Origin: a virus
Lineage: Duplodnaviria; Caudoviricetes
IMG/VR virus record: IMGVR_UViG_3300038530_003085
Span: 32,001-96,000 of that record
Length of the DNA stretch: 64,000 bases
Reading direction: 5' to 3' (one strand)
A program made the translations under genes and the position numbers. Of the stretch, positions 54,981 to 64,000 are shown piece by piece. The number at the start of each line of letters is the position of its first letter. Position 1 is the stretch's first letter. Under the pieces are notes generated by a model. The model saw only the letters and a program-made list of their open reading frames with translations, was not told the origin of the DNA and did no database searches.

Positions 54981-56170
54981 AACTTAAGCTCCTCAAGATC
55001 ATAAAAGTTCTTTCCGGCGCTTAAGTTAACTTTAAATGTGTCAAGCTTATTACTCGCAAATACAGCCTTAATATCAGGGACAATATTTTTGTCCTCATCC
55101 GCTAAATCAATCACAATCTCATCGTGAATAATGTGTGATACAAAACTCTTTTTGTCGTCTAGCATTTTTGATATTGCCACAGCACGCTCCAGCACCAAAT
55201 CAGACGTTGTGCTTTGAACAATATAACTTAGCGCCCTTCTTCTGTCAATCTCTATTTCTCTACCAAATATCGTTTTAACACTGCCGTTAGCATAGTATTG
55301 ATCAATTATAGAGTTTCTATCATATAGCTCAGACTGAATTACCTCAGATTCTGGGTTGTACAGCCAGCCAAAAAACATCACCTTTGCATCGTCTCTACTA
55401 ATTGATACCTCAGACGAGCTAAAAATATTAGCCATATTCCAAGCGTGAATATCTTCGGACGGCTGTGGTTGTCCAAGAAGCGATAGAACAGTTCTAACTT
55501 CTGCACCATTATAATCCAAGGATAGGAACCAGTCGTTATGTGGCTTTATAATACGCCTAAAATCCTTTTTCATCGTTAGTATGGGGAAAGACCTAGGGTA
55601 AGTGGTAAGGCGGCCTGTGGCAGTGCCAAACAAGTTATAATCAATATATTTGGATCCTTTTAAAATCTTTTGCAAACCAAGCCTGTTGTTGGTTGTAGTA
55701 AACAAGCTCTTGCAGTCTAAAGTGTCAATATTAAGTTCTTGTTCCCCAATATTGTAAATCAATTTGTGAGCATCATTCAAAAAATCGTAGTTTTCAGGCT
55801 TATCATTCATTGCGAAAACATATTCAGTTATCTTGTTTTTTATTTCACAAAAACTTGCCAATGAATCTTCAGGTATTAAGTCAAATATACAATGTTGTGT
55901 CATGTCTAACTTTGCTATCTGAAATGATTTAAAGAATGCCTCCATCTTTTTCATACTTGAGTTTAGTTCTTTCTCAAATTCTGGTGGACATACATCTCTT
56001 AGTGTTCTCCCTTGACAATAAAGCCACGCATACTCAATGTCATCATCTTTGATAGAACCTGAGTATCTCCAAGTTCTTTTTAAGTCTGTAGGAAAATTAT
56101 CAAAGTGTAGTTTTCCATCTTTGTATATGCCGACACATTCAGACTTGTCGTCAAGTGTTTGAAAATACAT
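54977..56170 (-). CDS. minimal family-A DNA polymerase (polymerase domain only)
   Basis: TATGRL, motif A DYNGAEVR, DIH, motif B RDDAKVMFFGWLY, VQST, motif C IHDE. Confidence 0.85.
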   Translation of the reverse strand: MYFQTLDDKSECVGIYKDGKLHFDNFPTDLKRTWRYSGSIKDDDIEYAWLYCQGRTLRDVCPPEFEKELNSSMKKMEAFFKSFQIAKLDMTQHCIFDLIPEDSLASFCEIKNKITEYVFAMNDKPENYDFLNDAHKLIYNIGEQELNIDTLDCKSLFTTTNNRLGLQKILKGSKYIDYNLFGTATGRLTTYPRSFPILTMKKDFRRIIKPHNDWFLSLDYNGAEVRTVLSLLGQPQPSEDIHAWNMANIFSSSEVSISRDDAKVMFFGWLYNPESEVIQSELYDRNSIIDQYYANGSVKTIFGREIEIDRRRALSYIVQSTTSDLVLERAVAISKMLDDKKSFVSHIIHDEIVIDLADEDKNIVPDIKAVFASNKLDTFKVNLSAGKNFYDLEELKL

Positions 56171-57447
56171 TAATAACCCGATGTATTAGTACTAGTTGTA
56201 GAAGTTTCGCTAGCAAAAGTTTCGCTTGAAGTTTCCTCTAGACCTTCGTTTTTAATTTTAACACGATTAAATAAGTCTGTCAAGGAACCACTGTAATTAT
56301 ATGTTTGGCCCACTATCTTTTCAAAACGATTAAGGGCAAAATTCACACCTCTCACCTCAGAGAGCGATATTGTATCTTTTGTTAATTTAAGTATTTCATA
56401 ATCCTCTAAGCCTGCGTTCTCTTCATTGATCCTAAGTTGAATATAGCTCTCTAAACAATAAGTGTCGCTTACGATTTTTTTAAAGTCGTTAAAACTATAA
56501 TTTAGGGTTTCAATTTCTTTTGTGATGGTTGTGCCATCAGCGCACATTTCTCTCTCTAGATACCTCTCTAATTTCATCAGGTTGTAGGCATCATAAATAA
56601 ATCTTTTATAAAACTCAAGATAGTTGAGATATGCTGGGGTATAATTGTTTGATAAGAGTGAGACCGTATTGTTAAAGCCACACGTTTGTTCATTTTTTGC
56701 ATATTCAATCATTTCATCAGATCCAATGTTTGCAATTAGTCTAAATGGATTAGAAGAATCAACAAGGAAACCATATGATCTACAAGTATTTAGGTAAAAT
56801 TTCCAGTTGGGGCTTTGCTTAAAACTTCTAATTTTTTCTTCGTCGTTAGCATAATCAATATCTGCAATTTCAATTACTAATCCACTGACATGAACTGGGC
56901 AAAATCGACTTTTTATAAATCCTGATAGGGTAATTGGTATTTCTTTAGAAATCGCCTGCAGTGAATCATTGAAAAAGGGGATGAATTCTTGAATGTTGGA
57001 AAATTTTCGACTTCTCTCGGACATAGCATTGGTCAAAAAGCTTAATATATTTGTCAAATGTGCATCGTATACCACACGTGGATCGATATATGCTTTTTTA
57101 ACTTCCAGCACACCAAGAAATTGATCATTTGTATTGAGTTCTCCCGATAATGTCTTGGTTAAAAATTTATTATTTAAATCATTGAACGCTTTGACAACAT
57201 AAGGTGCAGCAACAAAATTGTTGTTATTAGTATTAGTATTATTTAGTCCAGCCAGTGGTACGGCGTTTGAATTATAGACTATTGGAACATATGAGTAATT
57301 AACACGGCCGTACAGGTATTTTTCTGCGACCTCGAAATCAATCAGGTTATTGTACTCGTCTTCGCTAATTTCTAAATTGTAAATTTGACTTTTTTGATAT
57401 AAATCTTTAGCGCCTTCTTCATTGCTGCTTTTAAAAAAGAATGACAT
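56170..57447 (-). CDS. hypothetical protein, probably structural
   Basis: Last gene of the baseplate run. Confidence 0.65.
   Translation of the reverse strand: MSFFFKSSNEEGAKDLYQKSQIYNLEISEDEYNNLIDFEVAEKYLYGRVNYSYVPIVYNSNAVPLAGLNNTNTNNNNFVAAPYVVKAFNDLNNKFLTKTLSGELNTNDQFLGVLEVKKAYIDPRVVYDAHLTNILSFLTNAMSERSRKFSNIQEFIPFFNDSLQAISKEIPITLSGFIKSRFCPVHVSGLVIEIADIDYANDEEKIRSFKQSPNWKFYLNTCRSYGFLVDSSNPFRLIANIGSDEMIEYAKNEQTCGFNNTVSLLSNNYTPAYLNYLEFYKRFIYDAYNLMKLERYLEREMCADGTTITKEIETLNYSFNDFKKIVSDTYCLESYIQLRINEENAGLEDYEILKLTKDTISLSEVRGVNFALNRFEKIVGQTYNYSGSLTDLFNRVKIKNEGLEETSSETFASETSTTSTNTSGY
56255..56283 (-). promoter_or_regulatory. internal sigma70-type promoter at start of replication block
   Basis: TTGACA-N17-TAAAAT with extended TG. 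Confidence 0.55.
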
Positions 57448-57465
57448 ATTAATAATTCCTCACTG

Positions 57466-60400
57466 TTACGGTACACCAACTTCATCTTTGGGCGATGCTG
57501 CTGTTTCACCAGTAGGCGCGGCCTTAGATGAGCCTTTGTTTATTGATCTTTTAGACTTACACTTTTTACTTCTAGAGCTATTATTTTCTATTTTACCGCG
57601 CATATTAGAATCTGTGTCATCACCATCAATCTGATGAACCCAGACAGCAGATAGTTTTGTTTCTGCTAAACCTTCGCTGAAATCTGTTTCAGCGCGAGTA
57701 ATCATAAAGTAGCCACCGATTCCATACTTAGAAAGATCATATTTATTGAATGTGGCTGTAGCTTGGTTTGTATCGGGCGCAAAACCTCTAGGGTCTATAA
57801 AAATATAAGTGCCCGGATATGCAGATGGAAATGCAAATGTAGTGACAGATGCATTATACACTTCTCTTAATTGTTGCAATCCATCAAAACCCTCTTGTTC
57901 AAACCTTAACTCCTTTAAACCTTGAGCATCTGTTCTAGTCAAATCAATATTTTTTATAATACCAGAATCTTTTCCTAAAACATAGTGGAATATACCGTTT
58001 TCTTTATCCATAGCGTAATCACCAACTTTTGCATCATGAGGCTGGGAACGACCAGCATAATATATTTGATAATTAGTCTCCCTACTTATGTCACGTTTAG
58101 AGCGACTGTCGTTACGAACTCCCATTGTATTTAAAAGAGAGTCAGAAAAGACGGTTACTGTCCCTTGATAAAACAATTTTAATCTTGCATCTAGTTCCCC
58201 GGTCTTCTTTATTTGATCAAGAATTTTCTCGCTTATTTCGTCATTTTCTGCACCCGGAGGGCGATAAGATGTAACGGCTGTCGAAAATGTTGATATTCTT
58301 TGTTTTACTTCTCCATTAAAACAATCTTCAGAGTTCAAAAAACTTCTAACATAATTCTTTACAATATCAGAAACAAAAGAATTGATATTATATTCTAGTC
58401 TATCACGGGCTACTACTTTTTCAGTCATCCATTCAACAAAGTAAGATACCGATATTGGAATATCAGCCAATGAGCCATTATTATAAGCACCCGGAAATGC
58501 AGGATCACGAAGTTCTACAGGCCCTAACACAACGCGATATCTTTTAAAATTTTCTCTCATAGATTTCAGTATTTTTCTTTCAGCGTTGAGAAATTCCAAA
58601 GGAACATTATCTATTTGATCCAATACTTTTGCGTAACCAGACTCAGATAGTGATTCTTCTATGTTGTCCATAACAACTTCAACTAAATCATACAAATAAA
58701 AGTATGCAATTTGTTCGTCAACATTAGAATTTATTCCAGCACTTGGTGAAACTGCTGGGCCACTGGATGAAACAGGGCCGCGGCCTCTACCTTCTAATCC
58801 AACGAGATCTTCATTACGTTCCCCAAGGGTGGCGTCAGCAACTGCTCTTGCGGCCGATGTGACAACATCTTTAATAGAATCAAGAAGAGAGCCGCCGGAG
58901 GCTTCTGATTCAGGAGGAGAGTTAGTCGATGCTGCTTTAGGTGTATCGGGTGTAGGAGTCGATGGTGTCTCTACTGGAGACGCTGCAATACTAACAATTG
59001 AGTTGAGATCAACAAGTGGATTAAGGACAAAGTTTCCTAACTCGCTATAATTAACGTTGATTAGTTGTATTTTCTCCTTTATCAATAATTTTTCAAGTAT
59101 GCGTCTCAAAGAAGCACGTTGATTTTCGGGTGTAAGTTTATCCTCTTGATCTTTTAAGTCTTTAATTTTTTCAAACAAGCACTCCTGTTCATAGTACTTT
59201 CTCAATACCTTTCTTTTAAATATACCCGAAGTCACTCTTGGGTCAGAGAAAATATTGAAGTATGAAATATCAAAATAATCATCCACGTAAGCTAAATAAT
59301 TAATTTTAAAATTAACACGGCCAGAGTCATCAAATTTAAATTCATGAGTTGTTGGTGTCAGGTTCAGAGTTACAAAACTGTTATAAATTGCATCACTAAT
59401 TTCCTTACGAGTCAAGCCACCGGTGCCTCCAATAATTAAATTGGTTGGCATTTCATAACCAACAATGGCTTTTAGTCTAAATTTTAGTTTATCAAGATTA
59501 TCTATCACAGCGTCTGTGTTTATTTTACTTTGTGGATTAACAGAAGTATATTTTTTCATCTTACTGGAACCAGTTTTAAGGGCTAAATCAGCATATGAAT
59601 AAACTTTACCGTTTTTAGTTCGTCTTTCTTGTAAAATTTCTTCAAAGGAAGATGCAAATATTGACAAATCAGCAGATATACTCTTTTTGACACTAAACGG
59701 GTCAGAACCCTCATAACTAAAACCAAAGTTTTTTATTCCTACTCCGTACCCTCTTCTTGATTGGTTTCTTAGAGCATTTTCAGCAGTTATTTTTGAGCCT
59801 TCACTGTTCAAAAATTCAATTGATGATGGAAAATCAATTTCCACTTCATATTCTTTATCGTTTTCTGGATCTGTATATACTTTGAAAAGACTTATTTTTG
59901 GCTGAAGCTGTGACAAAATGCTTGTTGGTAAATCAAACAAGGCTGCGGTTGATTTTGGCATTGTCATTGTGTTCATAAAACCGAAGGGTATCCCTGAAAT
60001 TGCTAGGGGTCTATTTCTACCAGATTCAGGCCCTTCTTCATAAGGTAAAAGATTGGTAAATACACCATTAGCCTCATCATCTTGTCTAATTTTCATTAAA
60101 TCGAATGCATATCTTTGAAGAAAACACTGTTCTTTGAAAGTGGTGCGAAGTTCAGGATCTAAACCTAAAGTATTAATTAATTCTCTTTGGATCCTTATAA
60201 GGGCCGCTCTTCTTTCATTTAGCTCTGCGAGTTGATCTTCTAATCTGCTAGCAAGAAGTGGGCCAACAAATTCGCCTTTTGCTTGGATGCCAGCTAGATT
60301 TGCTTCTTCTTCAATTGAGGCAGCTTCGGCTTGAATTGCTGCTTGAATTAAGGCTAGCACTTCGACTAACGGGGATATTTGATTTCTTAAATTTAGAAAA

Positions 60401-60951
60401 GCACCGATTGCTAAGTAGAGTTGGTCGAGGGCTTTTTTAAGAGGCTCAATTTTGGCATCAGGATCACCACCGGGGGTATTAAGGGCAGCGATGGCTTGTT
60501 CAATTTTAGATTTCTGTGCGTTTAAACTTATAAAATCGGGTGGGCCATTTAAAATTATATCTATTTCTTTTAATTTATTTTCTGCTTCTGTTAGTCTTGA
60601 AACTAATGTTCCTGCCGTATCTGAAAATACAGTGGCATCAAAATTAGGTGCTAGGCCGGGCGGTTGAAAAGCGTTACGATCTGGTAATTTTACAGTGAAA
60701 GTAGTGCCGCTGGGTGTGTAACCATCATCATTAGGTGAACCTAAGAGATTGTTTTCAGCCAATATTCTCTCTGCTTCAGCGAGGGCATTTTTTGCTTTGC
60801 TGACCTTGTTGGATGTTATTTTTCCATCATCGAATATCAAGCCTATATTGTCTAAGGTGCTTTTATTTTCTTCGAGAACTTTTGCTGTTAAAAGGTCAGA
60901 CGTTGCACCATTATCTTTTAATTCTTTGATTAATTCATCAATTCTACTCAT
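57466..60951 (-). CDS. large baseplate hub-like protein
   Basis: 1161 aa, next to LysM-like gene; C-terminal PGTYIFID...GGYFMITRAET. Confidence 0.6.
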   Translation of the reverse strand: MSRIDELIKELKDNGATSDLLTAKVLEENKSTLDNIGLIFDDGKITSNKVSKAKNALAEAERILAENNLLGSPNDDGYTPSGTTFTVKLPDRNAFQPPGLAPNFDATVFSDTAGTLVSRLTEAENKLKEIDIILNGPPDFISLNAQKSKIEQAIAALNTPGGDPDAKIEPLKKALDQLYLAIGAFLNLRNQISPLVEVLALIQAAIQAEAASIEEEANLAGIQAKGEFVGPLLASRLEDQLAELNERRAALIRIQRELINTLGLDPELRTTFKEQCFLQRYAFDLMKIRQDDEANGVFTNLLPYEEGPESGRNRPLAISGIPFGFMNTMTMPKSTAALFDLPTSILSQLQPKISLFKVYTDPENDKEYEVEIDFPSSIEFLNSEGSKITAENALRNQSRRGYGVGIKNFGFSYEGSDPFSVKKSISADLSIFASSFEEILQERRTKNGKVYSYADLALKTGSSKMKKYTSVNPQSKINTDAVIDNLDKLKFRLKAIVGYEMPTNLIIGGTGGLTRKEISDAIYNSFVTLNLTPTTHEFKFDDSGRVNFKINYLAYVDDYFDISYFNIFSDPRVTSGIFKRKVLRKYYEQECLFEKIKDLKDQEDKLTPENQRASLRRILEKLLIKEKIQLINVNYSELGNFVLNPLVDLNSIVSIAASPVETPSTPTPDTPKAASTNSPPESEASGGSLLDSIKDVVTSAARAVADATLGERNEDLVGLEGRGRGPVSSSGPAVSPSAGINSNVDEQIAYFYLYDLVEVVMDNIEESLSESGYAKVLDQIDNVPLEFLNAERKILKSMRENFKRYRVVLGPVELRDPAFPGAYNNGSLADIPISVSYFVEWMTEKVVARDRLEYNINSFVSDIVKNYVRSFLNSEDCFNGEVKQRISTFSTAVTSYRPPGAENDEISEKILDQIKKTGELDARLKLFYQGTVTVFSDSLLNTMGVRNDSRSKRDISRETNYQIYYAGRSQPHDAKVGDYAMDKENGIFHYVLGKDSGIIKNIDLTRTDAQGLKELRFEQEGFDGLQQLREVYNASVTTFAFPSAYPGTYIFIDPRGFAPDTNQATATFNKYDLSKYGIGGYFMITRAETDFSEGLAETKLSAVWVHQIDGDDTDSNMRGKIENNSSRSKKCKSKRSINKGSSKAAPTGETAASPKDEVGVP

Positions 60952-60954
60952 AGC

Positions 60955-61293
60955 TTAAATTCCAAAATTATCTAAGACATCTTCCACACTAAGGGGAATC
61001 AATATTAAGTCACCGGGTAAAATATCCGCTTCGGTTGGACGGGCATTATACCAAGCTATTATCCACCATAATGTAGGATCATTGTAGAATTTGTTAGCCA
61101 ATTTGTAGTATCTATCCCCAAGCACCCAAATGTGTTGTGTGGTAGCCATACTAGCGCGCTCTGCAACGGTAGGGTGCCTAAGTATCGGAGTTTCATATTG
61201 AACAATGTTTTTAGTATTGTTTCTTTTCTGTCTGAGTTTACGATAATACTCGTTGGAGTTATTTAATACTCTGAAATTTTTGTATCTTGACAT
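60955..61293 (-). CDS. LysM-like baseplate wedge/tail X protein
   Basis: GDRYYKLANKFYNDPTLWWIIAWYN...PGDLILIP. Confidence 0.8.
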   Translation of the reverse strand: MSRYKNFRVLNNSNEYYRKLRQKRNNTKNIVQYETPILRHPTVAERASMATTQHIWVLGDRYYKLANKFYNDPTLWWIIAWYNARPTEADILPGDLILIPLSVEDVLDNFGI

Positions 61294-61296
61294 GGT

Positions 61297-62463
61297 TTAT
61301 ATACCTCTCAAAAGGTCTTCAGGATCTCCTGATTCAATATAGGCAGCCGCCCTTTCCTGTTTATTGATGGATTCCTGACCTCTCCTTGATGATTCTAAAT
61401 AATCAAGTTTTTCTTGTTGTCTCTCGCTTAAGTTTTCTTTGTCTCTAAGTCTATTTATTCTATTTTCATCCTTGTTAAAGCGCGCCTTACCACCTAACCC
61501 ACTGTACCGTGCCAATGCATTCGCACGATCTGCTTCATTTTGTCTCTCTCGTTGGAGTTCTTCATTGAAATCAGCAAATTGTGCTAAAGTCTCTGGTGTT
61601 TGCTCTGGTACTAAACCATCAGTTGTATTATATGGAAACCCACCAGCCATAAATTTACCATTTTGATACCCAAGAGTGTTCTCGTGAATAACATCAAAAG
61701 ACATATTCACTTCAATCAGCTTTGGTAAAACAGTATTTTTACCTAAATACAAAACACCACCACCATTATCAGGGTTTTCGATATTGTGCGATATTGTCAA
61801 GCTTTTAATAACGCCCATAGCGCCCTGTGAAGAGTCTGAATTAGATCTGTAGCCAGCAAATTTCTGAAGATCACCACGCTCTTGGCCGGCGGCCAACGCG
61901 GCGTCATCGGACGACACTGCTAGATTTGAACCTTGCTTGGCAAGAAGATTCATAACTTTTAATCTGACTAAAGAAGTCTGAGAAATTGTCTGTGCCGCAG
62001 GTATTCTTTTATAGGTTGGGTATACAAATTGAGCCAGCTTTTGTGCCTTAGCTAAATTTTCATAAGCCTCACTATATGTTGACGCAGGTATTTTCCAGTT
62101 GAGAGTAATATTTCTGGTTGTGTTTTTATACGTATAGATTGAATCTGTCCTTCCGAAGACAGTTTCTTCATTGTACGATGGGGCAATGGAATCATTAAAC
62201 GAAGTGATGAATGCTTTGAAATACAGATCTTGACCGCTTGGTAAATGTAAAAGGGATATCACAGCTTCATGTTGATTTGCTATATTATCAGTAGCCGAAG
62301 AATACTCAATACGACGGCCACGACGTGCATCGACATCGACGATATCGAAGGGGTCGTCCTCGATAATTGTACTACGGTTTCTAAGACTTGATATATCTTC
62401 GTCCAAAACTACAGGAAAATATTTTTGACTATCAAAACCTAATCCATCATCACTTTCTGCCAT
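61297..62463 (-). CDS. baseplate/tail-tube initiator-like protein
   Basis: FKAFITSFND...FGRTD...YKNTTRNITL...PKLIEVNMSFDVI; lies between tape measure and LysM genes. Confidence 0.7.
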   Translation of the reverse strand: MAESDDGLGFDSQKYFPVVLDEDISSLRNRSTIIEDDPFDIVDVDARRGRRIEYSSATDNIANQHEAVISLLHLPSGQDLYFKAFITSFNDSIAPSYNEETVFGRTDSIYTYKNTTRNITLNWKIPASTYSEAYENLAKAQKLAQFVYPTYKRIPAAQTISQTSLVRLKVMNLLAKQGSNLAVSSDDAALAAGQERGDLQKFAGYRSNSDSSQGAMGVIKSLTISHNIENPDNGGGVLYLGKNTVLPKLIEVNMSFDVIHENTLGYQNGKFMAGGFPYNTTDGLVPEQTPETLAQFADFNEELQRERQNEADRANALARYSGLGGKARFNKDENRINRLRDKENLSERQQEKLDYLESSRRGQESINKQERAAAYIESGDPEDLLRGI

Positions 62464-62474
62464 TTTTCAGTCTC

Positions 62475-64000
62475 CTACTTTTGTTGTCTCATATATTCTT
62501 GAACGCTTTCACCAATCACATTCTTTATATAAGTGTTAAATTGTTTACCATTGATTTCTAATTGAATTGTTTGTTTTGGTTGGTATGTGATATTTGCTGG
62601 AGCAGCAGAGAAGTTGGCCGCAGCACCAGCAACAGCATTAATTGACATCCCAGCACCTGTTGGGATTTTTTCCATTGCATTGGCGATTGCTTCTATCTCT
62701 GCTTTTACAAGCCCAAGGTTTGATACGTTCTCTGTTAATGTTGCTAAGCCAGTAACAAACGTGTTAAATGGGGTCATTTTCTCGCCAAGACTACCAAATG
62801 ACAGTGATAGGAGAGCTAGAGCCCCAGCTAAGACTACAATTCCGCCTGCAGCAGCAGGACCAGCTAGTCCCAATAGAATGGCTGAAGACGTGAATACAGC
62901 CAAGAATACTGATATACCAGTTATAGTATCAAAAGTTGTTTCTAGCCCTTTAAATGATTCAACTAAATAGGACATACCAACTGCTGCTATACCAACCGCG
63001 GCACCAATAGACAAAACTGCAAGTGCAAGTACGCCGGTCGGTGCTGCAGCAGCAAATGCGATTTTAGCAAATACTGCAAGTGCTATCCCAAGTGCTGCGA
63101 TACCACCAACAGCACCTATAATTTGATCGCCTGTAAGTTCACTAAATGCTTTTACTAAGAATGATACACCAAATGCTGCCATAGCGATCGAAGCGCCAAT
63201 CGCAAGAATTGGCTTAACCATTTTAGAAAGATTAGATGCGGCATCGCCAGATGCTTCGCCCATCGCTTCAATAGCACCGGCTGCATCTTCACCGTTTTCT
63301 GCTAGTTGAGTTGCAGCGTCTGAGAGAGGCTGCATTGCTCCACCAGCCATCTTCATTTGTCCAACAGCGGCCTGAGTGGCGCCCTTTTTGCTAAAACCAC
63401 CAAGAATTTTACCAAATAAATTAAATCCACCTTTGCCTTTGCCACCTAATTCAATACCAAGCATAGATGCTGAACCTTTCATTATTGCGCCGCGAAATGC
63501 ACCAAAGGCAACCCCGGCGGCAAGTGTTGTCTTAGGAAATTCAGCCATAACTTTAAGAAGTGGAATTAGAGAATTCTCGGCTAGCATCTTGGCGATGTCT
63601 GCAACTTTCTTAATATCTTCCCTATTATCTTCAAGTGCAACAGTAAATTCTCTAAATAATTCAACAAGTGGCGCGCTAACTGTTATAAGAGATCGTAATG
63701 ATGCTTGTAAACTTTCTTGCACATTTTGCACTTCTTTTGCTCTTTCTGCTTGTTTCGCAAAATCCGCAGAAGACATTTGAGTTGCCCCAGCAAGATCTGT
63801 AAAATCTCCACTCATTAACTTAGCAAGTTCGCCAACATCATTTAGTCCTGCAGCTTCTGTAAAGAATTTACGTTGAAAATATGACATGTCATCAAATGTC
63901 ATACCCGTATTTAAAATTGAATCACGCAACATTTCAAAACGTTCTATGGGATCTGTCGCCATCATCAGATCCATAGCATTTACAAAATTGCCTCCCAATG
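62475..64000 (-). CDS. tail tape measure protein (C-terminal part; starts beyond window)
   Basis: Ala/Gly-rich helical and hydrophobic stretches, C-terminal IQLEING; position before baseplate genes. Confidence 0.8.
   Translation of the reverse strand, partial: LGGNFVNAMDLMMATDPIERFEMLRDSILNTGMTFDDMSYFQRKFFTEAAGLNDVGELAKLMSGDFTDLAGATQMSSADFAKQAERAKEVQNVQESLQASLRSLITVSAPLVELFREFTVALEDNREDIKKVADIAKMLAENSLIPLLKVMAEFPKTTLAAGVAFGAFRGAIMKGSASMLGIELGGKGKGGFNLFGKILGGFSKKGATQAAVGQMKMAGGAMQPLSDAATQLAENGEDAAGAIEAMGEASGDAASNLSKMVKPILAIGASIAMAAFGVSFLVKAFSELTGDQIIGAVGGIAALGIALAVFAKIAFAAAAPTGVLALAVLSIGAAVGIAAVGMSYLVESFKGLETTFDTITGISVFLAVFTSSAILLGLAGPAAAGGIVVLAGALALLSLSFGSLGEKMTPFNTFVTGLATLTENVSNLGLVKAEIEAIANAMEKIPTGAGMSINAVAGAAANFSAAPANITYQPKQTIQLEINGKQFNTYIKNVIGESVQEYMRQQK

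Noticed and set aside
416-63780. Plus-strand ORFs and nested minus-strand ORFs in the track
   Set aside because: They lie within or across better-supported minus-strand genes and show no recognisable motifs; treated as shadow frames.
1-64000. Stop-codon reassignment
   Set aside because: Long conserved genes are intact in code 11, TAA, TAG and TGA all end genes, and no suppressor tRNA is present.

Overview
Segment of a large tailed-phage genome (myovirus-type baseplate genes, DnaE/RecA replication set). Every credible gene is on the minus strand. Read in transcription order (high to low coordinates) it contains: (i) tape measure and baseplate genes (64.0-56.2 kb); (ii) a replication, nucleotide and proteostasis block: minimal family-A polymerase, divergent tubulin/FtsZ-like protein, SSB, RecA, 5'-3' exonuclease, DnaB, NrdJ, GroES, amidase, DnaE, ClpP, J-domain protein, PurA, dUTPase, a PvuII-like restriction-modification cluster, thioredoxin, IMPDH/GMPR, a stand-alone sigma-4 protein, a second ClpP and GroEL; (iii) probable virion/late genes (24-15 kb); (iv) four tRNAs and a candidate structured RNA; (v) a 14-kb accessory/early region. 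The most striking element is that accessory region. It is punctuated by seven copies of a composite promoter (YTGACA-N5-YTGACA-N8-9-TTGnnn-N16-17-TATATT) whose repeats also supply the stop codon of the upstream gene in all seven cases. It also holds about 17 divergent small 'MKxGDLV...LEVIS' SH3/KOW-like paralogues, several chained by an identical 14-nt overlap. All family assignments come from motif recognition by eye; no database searches were run.
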